DNA from: an uncultured Acidobacteriota bacterium
GTDB lineage: Bacteria > Acidobacteriota > JAQAZP01
Length of the DNA stretch: 64,000 bases
Direction of reading: 5' to 3'
NCBI GenBank assembly: GCA_963836075.1
Contig: CAWIIB010000009.1
Location: 2,176,001-2,240,000, forward strand
Shown in pieces: positions 32,598 to 42,183 of this stretch (positions are counted from its first letter, which is position 1; each line of letters begins with the position of its first letter). The notes under the pieces are model-generated. The model did no database searches. It worked only from the letters and a program-made list of their open reading frames with translations, and was not told the origin of the DNA. The position numbers and the translations under genes were made by a program.

Positions 32598-34191
32598 ATG
32601 CACATGGAGAAGAGAAACTTGTATGCCGCCGGTATGATACGCTCTGCGGCGGCGGTCCTGCTGCTGATGGTCTCGGCCCTGCTCTTTCCGGCCGCGGCGA
32701 CCGCGCAGGACGGGGAAGGCACGCTGGAGCTCACACTCCGGGACTGCATCGAAATCGCCCTGCAGAACAACATGGACATCGAAGTGGGCCGCTACAACCC
32801 GCAGATCTCCTTCACGGCCATTGACCAGGCCTGGGGCACCTTCGACCCCGCGATCTACATCCAGGGCCGCAACACCGAGGAGGACCGGCTCTCCTACTTC
32901 GGTTACGAAGTGCAGGGAACAGAGGCCTCGCGCTGGCTGGCCACCGGGTATGACCAGACCTTCACCCCGGGCACCAACATCAGCTTCGACTTCTTCCTGC
33001 GCAGCAACACCTCCGAGGAGGAGTTTCTCGGCGAGGCCTCCTCGTCCGACTCCTGGCTCGCCGACGCCCAGTTCACCGTGACCCAGCCCCTGCTGCGCAA
33101 CTTCGGCCGGGACCTGAACAAGCGGAACATCTACATCGCCCAGAACAATCTCGACATCTCCAACGAGATGTTCCGCGGCGAGGTGATCGATGTCCTGAAC
33201 AACGTGCAGTCCGCGTACTGGAACCTCAAATACACCATCGGCTGGCTCGGGGTGGAGCAGCAGTCGCTCAAGCGGGCCCAGGACCTCTACGACCTGAACA
33301 AGGTCAAGGTGGAGGTGGGCGCCCTGCCGCCCATCGAGATCACCACCGCCGAGGCGGAGGTGGCGGCGCGGCAGGTGGCGATCATCGTCGCCGAGAACGA
33401 TGTCCGGGAGGCCAAGGACGCCTTGCGCAAAATACTCAACCTGCCGGCGGAGCTTTCCGACTGGGAGCGGGACGTGATCCCGGTGGACAACGCTGATTTC
33501 GACCCGGTGGACGATCGACTGGCAGCGGGAGGTGGAACTGGCCTTCACCAACCGCCCCGACCTGATCCAGGCCCGCCTCGACCTGAAGAACAAGCTGATC
33601 GACATCGACTTCCGCGAGAACCAGATCAAGCCGGACCTCAGCCTCGAGGCCGGGTACGGTCAGGCCGGCCTGGATCAGGACCGCTACGACCAGGGAACCG
33701 GCGAGCTATTGTACAATGCCAGCCTCGGCGAGGCCCTGAAGGGGATGGTGGACGGCGACCTGATGGACTGGCACGTGGGCGCCACCTTCTCCATGCCGCT
33801 GCGCAACCGCACGGCCAAGGCCAATTTCGCCGCGGCCAAGCTGGAGAAGACCAGGGCCGAGCTCTCGCTGCAGCGCCTGGAGCAGGATGTGATCGTGGAG
33901 GTCCGTTTCGCCATCCGGACCCTGTTGAGTTCTGCCGAACAGGTGGCGGCCTCGAAGATATCGGTCCGGCTGGCCGAAGAAAAGCTGGCCGCCGAGGGAA
34001 AGAAATTCGAAAACGGCCTGAGCACCAGCTACAATGTGGTGCTGATGCAGGAGGACCTGGTGCAGCAGCAAGCCGGGTATGCCCGAGCGCTGCTCGACTT
34101 CAAGAAGGCCGAGTACGGCCTCGAGGCGGCCAAGGGCACACTGCTGGAATACCTCGGCGTGGAGATGGCATCCACCACCGAAGACGAGTAG
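32598..34191 (+). CDS. TolC-family outer membrane protein; +1 frameshift near 33510
   Basis: Signal peptide, LTLRDCIEIALQNN, VTQPLLRNFG, VQSAYWNL; the next frame gives AFTNRPDL, FSMPLRNR, KFENGLSTSYNV. Confidence 0.85.
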
Positions 34192-34211
34192 TCTGGGGAT
34201 ACGGTCACAGC

Positions 34212-34892
34212 ATGCTGATCAGTATCGAATCCCTGGCCAAGCACTACCAGCTGGGCTCCACCCGGGTGGAGGCCCTGCGCGGCCTCGACCTGGCGGTGGA
34301 GGCCGGGGAATACCTGGCCATCATGGGCCCCTCCGGTTCGGGCAAGTCGACACTGATGAACCTCATCGGCTGTCTCGACACTCCCACCCGCGGCTCATAC
34401 CGGCTGGAAGGGAGCGAGATTTCCTCCCTTGACGACCGGCAGCTGGCCGCCATCCGCAATCGCAAAATCGGTTTCATCTTCCAGACCTTCAACCTGCTGC
34501 CGCGGATGAGCGCCCTGCACAACGTGGAGCTGCCCCTGGTCTACCGCGGCCTGCCCCCGGCCCAGCGCCGCAAGGCGGCCACCGCAGCGCTGCAGGCGGT
34601 GGGTCTGGCCGACCGGGCCGCGCACCGGCCCAGCGAACTGTCCGGCGGCCAGCGCCAGCGCACCGCCATCGCCCGCGCCCTGGTGATCAGTCCCTCCCTG
34701 CTGTTGGCCGACGAGCCCACCGGCAACCTGGACAGCGTCACCGGCGGCGAGATTCTCGATCTCTTTGACCGGCTGAATCGCGACGGTCAAACGGTGATCC
34801 TGGTGACCCATGAGAACGAGGTGGCCTCCCGGGCCCGCCGCCGGGTGGTGCTCCGGGACGGCCGGATCCGCTCCGACGAGCGCGCCGCCTGA
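34212..34892 (+). CDS. MacB/LolD-like ABC ATP-binding protein
   Basis: GPSGSGKSTLMN, IGFIFQTFNLL, LSGGQRQR, ADEPTGNLD, VTHE. Confidence 0.92.
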   Translation: MLISIESLAKHYQLGSTRVEALRGLDLAVEAGEYLAIMGPSGSGKSTLMNLIGCLDTPTRGSYRLEGSEISSLDDRQLAAIRNRKIGFIFQTFNLLPRMSALHNVELPLVYRGLPPAQRRKAATAALQAVGLADRAAHRPSELSGGQRQRTAIARALVISPSLLLADEPTGNLDSVTGGEILDLFDRLNRDGQTVILVTHENEVASRARRRVVLRDGRIRSDERAA

Positions 34893-34926
34893 CGCCATGG
34901 AAATCCCTTTCCCGCCTCTGATTACC

Positions 34927-34956
34927 TTGACACGCTTTTTCGGGGTATGCTATAAA
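34927..34956 (+). promoter_or_regulatory. sigma70-type promoter upstream of the exbB cluster
   Basis: TTGACA-18 nt-TATAAA with TGn extension. Confidence 0.55.
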
Positions 34957-35321
34957 GATCGCTCTGAATTGCGTTGTTTGCTGGTCTGTAAAAGTTCATT
35001 ATTATCATAATTTTAAACATAGAAACACATCCAAGGAAGGAGGTGTGGGCCAGGGGCTGGAAACGTCTTCGCCGGTCAGATCTACATCGCACAGCCGTGC
35101 GGTGCAAGCTGATCAAATCACCAGTTTTCCCTTCGACGCGTGACGATGCGCTATAATCATGCTCAGAGAGGAAGGCTGAATTGAAAACCGCTCCATCGTC
35201 CGCCATCTTGGCTGAAAACTGCAAATCCCTGCTTTTCAAGGCAAGTGTGACGGGCAATTCTTCCATGCCGGAGCTGCACCGCGTGTCGTTCTCGAAACGC
35301 AGCGTCTAGGAGGTAACAACC

Positions 35322-35960
35322 TTGTTCAATTTCATTGACAGTTTTCTTCTGAAATACATTCGCGACGGTGGCCCGGTAATGTATGCCCTGGTGTTGGCAT
35401 CCATCATAGCGCTCGGCTATACCATCGAGCGTTGGTGGGCGCTGCACAAGGCAAAGATCAATACTGCCGAATTTACCGGCAAACTGCGCACGGTTCTGCT
35501 GAAGAAGGACGTCAAGGGCGCTGTCCGTCTCTGCGAGAACTACCGTGGTCCCATCGCCTCGATCCTCAAGGCCGGCCTGCTGAAGTACGGTTCGCCCAAG
35601 GAAGATATCGAGAAGACCATTGAAACCGCGGCGATTCACGAGATGGCGCGCCTCGAGCGCGGCCTCAACGTTCTGGCTTCCATCGCCAACGTTGCCCCGA
35701 TCCTCGGCTTCCTCGGCACCGTCACCGGCATGATCAAGTCCTTTGACCAGATCGCCAAAGCCGGGTTGAACAACCCCGCCGCCGTGGCCGCCGGTATCTC
35801 CGAGGCGCTGATCACCACCGCATCCGGCCTGATCATCGCGGCCCCGACCCTGATGGCCTACAACTACTTCACCACCAAGATAGGCAAGTTTGTCCGTGAG
35901 ATGGGTTCAGCCTCCAACATCCTGCTGGAGACGTTCGCCGAAATGGACAAGAAGGCGTAG
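35322..35960 (+). CDS. exbB: MotA/TolQ/ExbB proton channel
   Basis: AGGAGG RBS with TTG start; APILGFLGTVTGMI, GISEALITTASGL. Confidence 0.88.
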   Translation: MFNFIDSFLLKYIRDGGPVMYALVLASIIALGYTIERWWALHKAKINTAEFTGKLRTVLLKKDVKGAVRLCENYRGPIASILKAGLLKYGSPKEDIEKTIETAAIHEMARLERGLNVLASIANVAPILGFLGTVTGMIKSFDQIAKAGLNNPAAVAAGISEALITTASGLIIAAPTLMAYNYFTTKIGKFVREMGSASNILLETFAEMDKKA

Positions 35961-36002
35961 CCCGGCCCGAGTGGATTTTCCAAACACTCCAAGGAGTGCC
36001 CG

Positions 36003-36431
36003 ATGCAAAAGTTAAAGACAAAACCCATCGAGGCAAATATCCCTACGGCTTCCATGGCGGACATCGCCTTCTTGCTGATCATCTTTTTCATGGTGACGAC
36101 GGTCTTTACGGTTGACCGGACCAATGTCAACCTGCCCCTGTCGATGAAACGTGAAGAGGTGCCCAAGGGCGCCGCAGTGGTCACGATCACCATCGACCAG
36201 ATGATGAAGTTCTCCGGCGGACGCGAAGAGAGTTTCGTGATCAGCAGCGCGGAGGACCTGATCTCCCTTGCTGCGGCCGAGGTGGCCAAGAACAGCCTGC
36301 ACCCCTTCGTGATCAAGGCAGACGGGGAGGTGCCCTACCGGGCCGTTGACGAAGTGATGGACCGGCTGAAACAGGCGGGTGTTCAGGTGCTGATCCTGCT
36401 CACCAACCAGGAAACCGTGGATAAGGCCTGA
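36003..36431 (+). CDS. exbD: ExbD/TolR family protein
   Basis: IPTASMADIAFLLIIFFMVTT, IKAD..VPY..V..VMD. Confidence 0.88.
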   Translation: MQKLKTKPIEANIPTASMADIAFLLIIFFMVTTVFTVDRTNVNLPLSMKREEVPKGAAVVTITIDQMMKFSGGREESFVISSAEDLISLAAAEVAKNSLHPFVIKADGEVPYRAVDEVMDRLKQAGVQVLILLTNQETVDKA

Positions 36432-36457
36432 GTCGGCCTTCTGACGGGGGATGTGCG

Positions 36458-36907
36458 ATGCTCAACCTGAAAAAACGAACCGTCGACTCGGAGATTCCAT
36501 CTTCGTCGATGGCCGATATCGCCTTCCTGCTGATTGTGTTCTTCATGGTCACCACTGTGTTCAGTGCTACCCGCGGTCTGGAATTCCAGATCCCGCGGGA
36601 GGACAAGGCCGAGATCATCGAGCCCGAAGAGGCGGTGTTGATCGTCATCGGCCCGGACACCAAGCTTACGGTGGACGGTGACCCGATGGAGCTCGATGGT
36701 GTGCTCGCTTACCTGGCCCCGAAACTGGCCAGGAACCCGAACAAACCGGTGATCCTCCAGACCGATCCCAAGGCACCGTACTACGCCATGGTGAGCGTGA
36801 TGGATGAACTGCAGCAGGGCAAGGAAAAGCTGAAGCTTGTCAAGGATATCAATGTGGCCATACCCACTCAGCGAGAGATCGAGGAGCAGTGGGGCGGTTT
36901 AATCTGA
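36458..36907 (+). CDS. exbD: ExbD/TolR family protein (second copy)
   Basis: IPSSSMADIAFLLIVFFMVTT, D..APY..MV.VMDEL. Confidence 0.88.
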   Translation: MLNLKKRTVDSEIPSSSMADIAFLLIVFFMVTTVFSATRGLEFQIPREDKAEIIEPEEAVLIVIGPDTKLTVDGDPMELDGVLAYLAPKLARNPNKPVILQTDPKAPYYAMVSVMDELQQGKEKLKLVKDINVAIPTQREIEEQWGGLI

Positions 36908-36933
36908 AGTTTGCTCTACACAGAGGGGTTTAC

Positions 36934-37656
36934 ATGGCTGGCCAAGAGAAGGACAAAATCCAGACGGGACAACCAGCCGATTCCGTGCCGGATCCAGTGA
37001 CGGAGCTTGTGGACGAGGCGTACCTGGAGGACGACCAGGACAACAAGCAACTCAGGGTCGCCCTGCTGATTGCCATCGCCGCGCACCTGCTCCTCTTCTG
37101 GTGGAACCTCTGGCCCGATTTTTCCGTGGCGGCCATGGCCAAGGAGGACCGCAAGGTCATCCTGGTCAAGCGGTTTATTCCAAAGAAGCCGCCGCCACAG
37201 AAAAAAGAGCTCCAGAAGATGAAGTCGAAAAAGGTGCCGATTCCCGATCCCACTCCGGACGAACCGGAACCGATCGTGGAAGCGGAACCCGAGCCCGAGC
37301 CCGAGCTCGACCTCGATGACGACTTCATCATCGGGATCCCTGAAGGGCCGCCGGTGCCGGACGGGCCGGTGCGTGCGGGATTTGGCGCCACCACGCCGGT
37401 GGTCATCCACCGGGTAGACCCGGTCTACCCGGAGCTGGCACGCCGGGCCAAGGTCCAGGGTACGGTAATCCTGGAAGCGATCATCAAGCGCGACGGAACG
37501 GTGGGCGATATCAAGGTCCTCCGTTCACTGGGAAAACTGGGCTGTGACGAAGCCGCGGTGGCTGCGCTGAAACAGTGGCGCTTCACGCCCGGTGAAATGA
37601 ACGGCCACCCGGTGGACGTGATCATGACCCTGACCATCAAGTTCGTCCTCGAGTGA
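36934..37656 (+). CDS. tonB: TonB-family energy transducer
   Basis: Single TM with AxxxH, Pro/Glu-rich linker (EPEPEPE), TonB_C motif PVYPELARRAKVQGTV..AALKQWRFTP. Confidence 0.85.
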   Translation: MAGQEKDKIQTGQPADSVPDPVTELVDEAYLEDDQDNKQLRVALLIAIAAHLLLFWWNLWPDFSVAAMAKEDRKVILVKRFIPKKPPPQKKELQKMKSKKVPIPDPTPDEPEPIVEAEPEPEPELDLDDDFIIGIPEGPPVPDGPVRAGFGATTPVVIHRVDPVYPELARRAKVQGTVILEAIIKRDGTVGDIKVLRSLGKLGCDEAAVAALKQWRFTPGEMNGHPVDVIMTLTIKFVLE

Positions 37657-37807
37657 TCGGGCGCCGGTTGATCCCGGTCTGATGTCTGCTGAATTTTCAC
37701 AGGTCCCCCCTGGGGCCTGCCGGAAGACCGGTGCGGGTGTACCTGCACCGGTCGCCGGCCAAAATCCCGGCTCATTCGCCGGGATTTTGCTTTTATGGAG
37801 CAGAATT

Positions 37808-38143
37808 GTGGCGTTTGAGGGATATCTCAGCGGTCTTCAGCTTCACGACCTGCTGCAACTGGCTGCCGGTTCGAGAAAGACGGGCATGTATCGCTTTTCC
37901 GGGCGGGACGGTGGCCTGGGACGGATCTATCTCTTCCAGGGGAATGTGGTTCACGCCGAGTCCGAAGAGGGCGGGGACGCCCTGGAGGGTGAACCGGCCT
38001 TGGGCCAGTTGTCGCTGTGGGCCGGAGGCCGGTTCGAGTTCGTGCCGGGTGCGGTCACCGGGAAGAGGACCATCACCCGGGGAACCACCACCATTCTGCT
38101 GGAGGCGGCCCGCCGGCGTGACGAAGCGTGTATGGGTGGCTAG
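37808..38143 (+). CDS. Stand-alone DUF4388 (PATAN-like) domain protein
   Basis: GYLSGLQLHDLLQL....KTG, GRIYLFQGNVVHAE, WAGGRFEF, ILLEAARRRDE. Confidence 0.75.
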   Translation: MAFEGYLSGLQLHDLLQLAAGSRKTGMYRFSGRDGGLGRIYLFQGNVVHAESEEGGDALEGEPALGQLSLWAGGRFEFVPGAVTGKRTITRGTTTILLEAARRRDEACMGG

Positions 38144-38820
38144 GCCCCTTCCTCGGTGTCAGCGGACACCGGCTCGGCGGGGCGGTCATACGGATTGCGT
38201 TCGATAATCGAAGTTTCCTTTTCGCCGTGGCACATCACCGTGTAGTGCTCGGTTTCGGTGTAGCCCACGAAGACGATGCTCCGTTCGGACCAGTCGGTAA
38301 AATACTCGTTGATCCGGGTGTGCCACTGGCAGGCGGTTTTCTTGGCCGTCTCCTCGTCGATTACGCTGTCCGGCGAACCGTAGAGGGTCACGGTGTGTGA
38401 CCCCTCGTGGATCTTGACATGCTGCAGTTTGAGCGGGTCGAGGTCACTGGCGAGGTAGACCTTGTTGGCCACCGTCCGGGCCTTGACCGTGTCGCCGGAC
38501 CAGAACTTGCTCTGCTTGCGCATGGTCCAGGCGCCGGAGTGGATCCAGCCGGTCATACCGCTTGGCGTATGGGTGGCCTTGCCCCACTTGTCCTGCACTT
38601 CCAGCAGGTCCAGGTGGTCCCCCTCGTGGACCTGGGTCATCACCGGGCTGCTGTCGGCTGGATTTTCCAGCAGCAGGGCATCCATTGTGGCCAGGCAAAG
38701 TTCGTCATCCTTGGGCGGGTCCGAGGAGAAGACGATGGATTTGGACTCCACTTCCGACTTGCAGCAGACGAGGCAGAGACAGACTGCCACTGCGACAACC
38801 AGGAGTGCCGTGTTCTTCAT
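38140..38820 (-). CDS. Putative lipoprotein with SH3b-like domain
   Basis: Lipobox-like LVCC, P..SSPV.TQV.EG..L.LLE....W......GWI; minus-strand TTGACA-18-TAGATT at 38903-38874. Confidence 0.7.
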   Translation of the reverse strand: MKNTALLVVAVAVCLCLVCCKSEVESKSIVFSSDPPKDDELCLATMDALLLENPADSSPVMTQVHEGDHLDLLEVQDKWGKATHTPSGMTGWIHSGAWTMRKQSKFWSGDTVKARTVANKVYLASDLDPLKLQHVKIHEGSHTVTLYGSPDSVIDEETAKKTACQWHTRINEYFTDWSERSIVFVGYTETEHYTVMCHGEKETSIIERNPYDRPAEPVSADTEEGA

Positions 38821-39071
38821 TGGACCCCCCTCTTCAGCTTGTAATTAGATTGACCGACCAATTTTGTTAATAAAATCTAACACCCGTGAGGAAGAACTGT
38901 CAAGGAACAGAATTCCAGATTATAATATATATAGGATACGAATTCGGGCGGGCCGAGGTTCCGGCACGTATTCCCATCCTGGGGGATTGTGGTATGATGC
39001 CGGTTCGCCGGCACGGCTCGAAGCTGGCGCGGGGATGGATGAACCGTAAACTTCAACGAGGCAGGATAAAG

Positions 39072-40367
39072 ATGAAGACCTTTCGCATTTCTCTTATCGC
39101 ACTGATTCTTTTGGGCTTTGCCCTGGGGTTTCAGGCTGCTCCCGAACTGTACGCCGACTACAAGGAAGCGGTGCAGAAGTACCAGCAGGGGCAGTATGTG
39201 GAAGCTGCGGCCGCTTTCCGGGCCGAGGTCGAGGCGTTCCCCAACTGGTGGTTTGTCCAGTATTACCTCGGGAAGTGTAATCTCAAGCTGGAAAAATACG
39301 ACCAGGCGCTGATCGAGTACAACAAGGCCAAGGGCCTGGCCAAGGAGGATCAGGAGGTTTTTGCCACCGGTTACGACATCGCCCAGGTTTACTACAAGCA
39401 GAACAAGCTTTCCGCCTCCCTCGATGCGCTGAAGGCGGTGGAAGGGGCGGCAAAGCAGGACGCCGAAAAGAAATCGCTCTACAACCTGATGGGCAACATC
39501 TATTACAGCCAGAAGAAGTACGGTGATGCGGTGCCGGTGATGGAACGGAGCGCCGCGGTGGAGGCTGATGCCAGTCTGCTGTTCAAGATCGGCTACAGCT
39601 ACTACAGCCTCGGCGAGTACGAAAAGGCCTACCAGAAGCTGAACCAGGCGGTGAGCAAGGAATCGAAGAACACCAGTGCCCGCTACTGGATGGGTGTGAC
39701 CGCCCTGACCCTGGGACGGACCTCCACCGACAAGGCTAAGAAGAATGAGTGGTACACCAAGGCGGTGACCCAGGGCGAACAGCTGACCCGGATGAAGCCG
39801 GGCAACATCAAGTACATCTCCCTCACCGGCCAGGCCTACCTGGGGGCCAAGCAATACGACAACGCCATCGCCCAGTTCAACAAGGCCCTGCAGTCCGACC
39901 CCGGGGACTGCAAGAGCCAGCACAACCTGGCCAACGCTTTGCTGGGCAAGAAGAGCTATGGTGATGCCGAGGCGGCCTTCCTCAAGGTGATCAAGTGCAA
40001 GCCCGACGACGCGTCGGCGTACAATGCGCTGGGTTTCATCTACGAACAGATCTCCAAGGACTTTGCCAAGAAGGCCGAGAAGGATGCCGCGAAATACAGC
40101 GAGGCGATCAGGAACTGCGACCTGGCCCTGGCCAACTACGAAAAGTCACGGCAGAAGAAGTCCAGCTCGGCGGTATCCTCGTCCATCACACGGGTTCAGG
40201 GCAACCGTGACATCTACGCCGAGAACATGTCCACCGACGCCGAGAACAGGCGCATCGCCGAGGAGAACGCCGAGGCCGAGCAGTACAACGAGCAGCTGGT
40301 TGACGAGTTCGGTGAGGATGAAGTGCTCGAGGCCGGTGAAGAGCTTCCCGACCCGGACGAGGAATAG
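39072..40367 (+). CDS. Periplasmic tetratricopeptide-repeat protein
   Basis: Signal peptide; repeated YYLG..Y..A..Y.KA TPR units; acidic tail. Confidence 0.88.
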   Translation: MKTFRISLIALILLGFALGFQAAPELYADYKEAVQKYQQGQYVEAAAAFRAEVEAFPNWWFVQYYLGKCNLKLEKYDQALIEYNKAKGLAKEDQEVFATGYDIAQVYYKQNKLSASLDALKAVEGAAKQDAEKKSLYNLMGNIYYSQKKYGDAVPVMERSAAVEADASLLFKIGYSYYSLGEYEKAYQKLNQAVSKESKNTSARYWMGVTALTLGRTSTDKAKKNEWYTKAVTQGEQLTRMKPGNIKYISLTGQAYLGAKQYDNAIAQFNKALQSDPGDCKSQHNLANALLGKKSYGDAEAAFLKVIKCKPDDASAYNALGFIYEQISKDFAKKAEKDAAKYSEAIRNCDLALANYEKSRQKKSSSAVSSSITRVQGNRDIYAENMSTDAENRRIAEENAEAEQYNEQLVDEFGEDEVLEAGEELPDPDEE

Positions 40368-40472
40368 CAACGGAGATCTTCATCTGCCGAGTTGAAGTAG
40401 CGGTCAGCAAACACCGTCCTTAACGGGGCGGCGTTTTACTGTGCGATGACGGAAGAAACGCGGCAGTTGTCG

Positions 40473-41648
40473 CTATTTCTGTACGACCCGGCGGATCAGT
40501 GCGCGGTACTGCTCCTCGATCCGTTCCCAGGCGTAGGTCTCGTGGCAGTAAGCTTTGCCGCTCTCTCCCAGGGCGCGGCAGAGGTCGTCGTCCTTGATCA
40601 GCAGTTCCATGGCGTAGAGGAACTCGTCGAAGCTGCTGTACCACAGCCCTCCATTGGCCCGGGTCGCCTGCCCGCGCAGCACGTCGCAGCGGCCGTTGAC
40701 CAGCGACGGGGTTCCCATGGTCCAGGCCTCCAGCACCACCATGCAGAGGCTCTCGTAGAACGAAGGCATCAGCAGGAACCGACTGCCGGCCAGCGCCGAG
40801 AACTTCTCCTCCTCGGAGACGAAGCCGAAGTGCCGGATCCCCGGGTGGCGGGGGATCTCCATCACCGGTTTGCCGATCACCACCAGGGGCGGGCAGCCCG
40901 GGCGCTCGCCGGCGTAGCGCATGTAGTGGGCGAACATCTGCCGGCAGCCCTTGTTCTCGTCCACCCGTCCCAGGTAGAGGATGTAGCCGTTTTCCGGGAG
41001 ATCGTGTTTCCGATGAAACAGGCTGCGGTCCACCGCCCCCGGCCAGGTATCCAGCCCGCCGATCACGTCCCCGGGGACCTCGCGGTTGCCGGAGATCGAT
41101 TCGATCAACTCCTTCTCCTCCGGGGTGAGGTAGACGATGCCGCCGGGCAGGCGGAAGAAGTCGCGGAAGATCTCCAGGTCGATCACCGGGTCATGTTCGG
41201 CAGTGGGGACCAGAATTGCCTTGTGCGCCACCTGCGGCAGGCCGTGGTAGGTGATGTAGTAGCGGTAGGAGAAGAAGATGAACAGGTCATGCTCCTGCTG
41301 GTGTTTGTGGATGTGCTGGATCAGAGCCGGGCTGTACGGGCCTTCTTCCTCCAGCCACTTCAGTTCCTGGCGCCGGGTGTGCGGGTTGTTGAGGATGAAC
41401 TCCTGGATCTTGCCGAACCGTTTGGGGTTTCGCGGGCGGGCCACCGGGAAGCGTCGCACCGGGATGCCGTTGACCGACTCCAACCCCGGTTTCAGCTGGT
41501 TGGCCCAGGTGACATAGTCCACGGCGCAGGTGGTGAGCACCTCCACTTCGTGCTCCCGGGACAGGCGTTCGGCCACCCGGCGACAGAGCATCTCGGCGCC
41601 GCCGGCGATGGTTTCGCCGTAGCGCTGGATAATAAAGGCGATTTTCAT
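40473..41648 (-). CDS. Glycosyltransferase family 4
   Basis: QRYG....GGAE, LVPTAEHD, YLGRVDENKG, MPSFYESLCMVVLEAW. Confidence 0.9.
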   Translation of the reverse strand: MKIAFIIQRYGETIAGGAEMLCRRVAERLSREHEVEVLTTCAVDYVTWANQLKPGLESVNGIPVRRFPVARPRNPKRFGKIQEFILNNPHTRRQELKWLEEEGPYSPALIQHIHKHQQEHDLFIFFSYRYYITYHGLPQVAHKAILVPTAEHDPVIDLEIFRDFFRLPGGIVYLTPEEKELIESISGNREVPGDVIGGLDTWPGAVDRSLFHRKHDLPENGYILYLGRVDENKGCRQMFAHYMRYAGERPGCPPLVVIGKPVMEIPRHPGIRHFGFVSEEEKFSALAGSRFLLMPSFYESLCMVVLEAWTMGTPSLVNGRCDVLRGQATRANGGLWYSSFDEFLYAMELLIKDDDLCRALGESGKAYCHETYAWERIEEQYRALIRRVVQK

Positions 41649-42169
41649 TGGCCGTCGTCCCCGGGGTCGGCCACCAGGCGGTGGATGCGGTCCAGGGCCT
41701 CCGACCGCAGCTCGTTCTCACCGGGGGCGCCGCTGGCCCGGAGGACCCGCTCCAGGTGGGCCACCTTCCGTTCGGTGCGCACCTGTTCCAGCAACAGGTG
41801 GTGGACCACGGTGCGCAGGTAGGTGTTGATCTCGGCCTGGCGGTAGACCAGCGGGTTCCCCAGCGCCACGCCGCAGCGTCTCATCACCTTCTTGACCCAG
41901 CCCACGGCCCGGCCGGCAATCCCGGCCCGGTGGCTGGCCATGGCGAACCGGCCGGTGAGGTTCCACTGCTCACCGTCCAGCCGCATCTCCTCCAGCAGGG
42001 CCGGCCTGATCCGGGTCTCGGTGATCAGTGCTTCCAGACGCCCGGCCACCGCGGCTTCCTCCTCCTCGGGAGTGGGGACGGCGCCGCCGCTCTCACGGAT
42101 CAGCCGGCGGATGGCCTCCATCAGGGCGGACACGTCAGGGTGCTGGTATTCGGGTGGTTCTGCGGTCAT
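41645..42169 (-). CDS. Hypothetical helical protein of glycan clusters
   Basis: DVSALMEAIR, SHR.G..G..V.WVKK..R....P...RQ..IN pattern; overlaps the GT4 start. Confidence 0.65.
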   Translation of the reverse strand: MTAEPPEYQHPDVSALMEAIRRLIRESGGAVPTPEEEEAAVAGRLEALITETRIRPALLEEMRLDGEQWNLTGRFAMASHRAGIAGRAVGWVKKVMRRCGVALGNPLVYRQAEINTYLRTVVHHLLLEQVRTERKVAHLERVLRASGAPGENELRSEALDRIHRLVADPGDDGQ

Positions 42170-42183
42170 GGTCCGGTCATCCG

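Noticed and set aside
32418-34892. Apparent 824-aa TolC-ABC ATPase fusion
   Set aside because: Artefact of the +1 shift near 33510; the middle part is out-of-frame TolC, and both genes have their own stop/start.
34960-35320. Cobalamin or other riboswitch before exbB
   Set aside because: Conserved B12-box and other riboswitch motifs could not be identified by eye.
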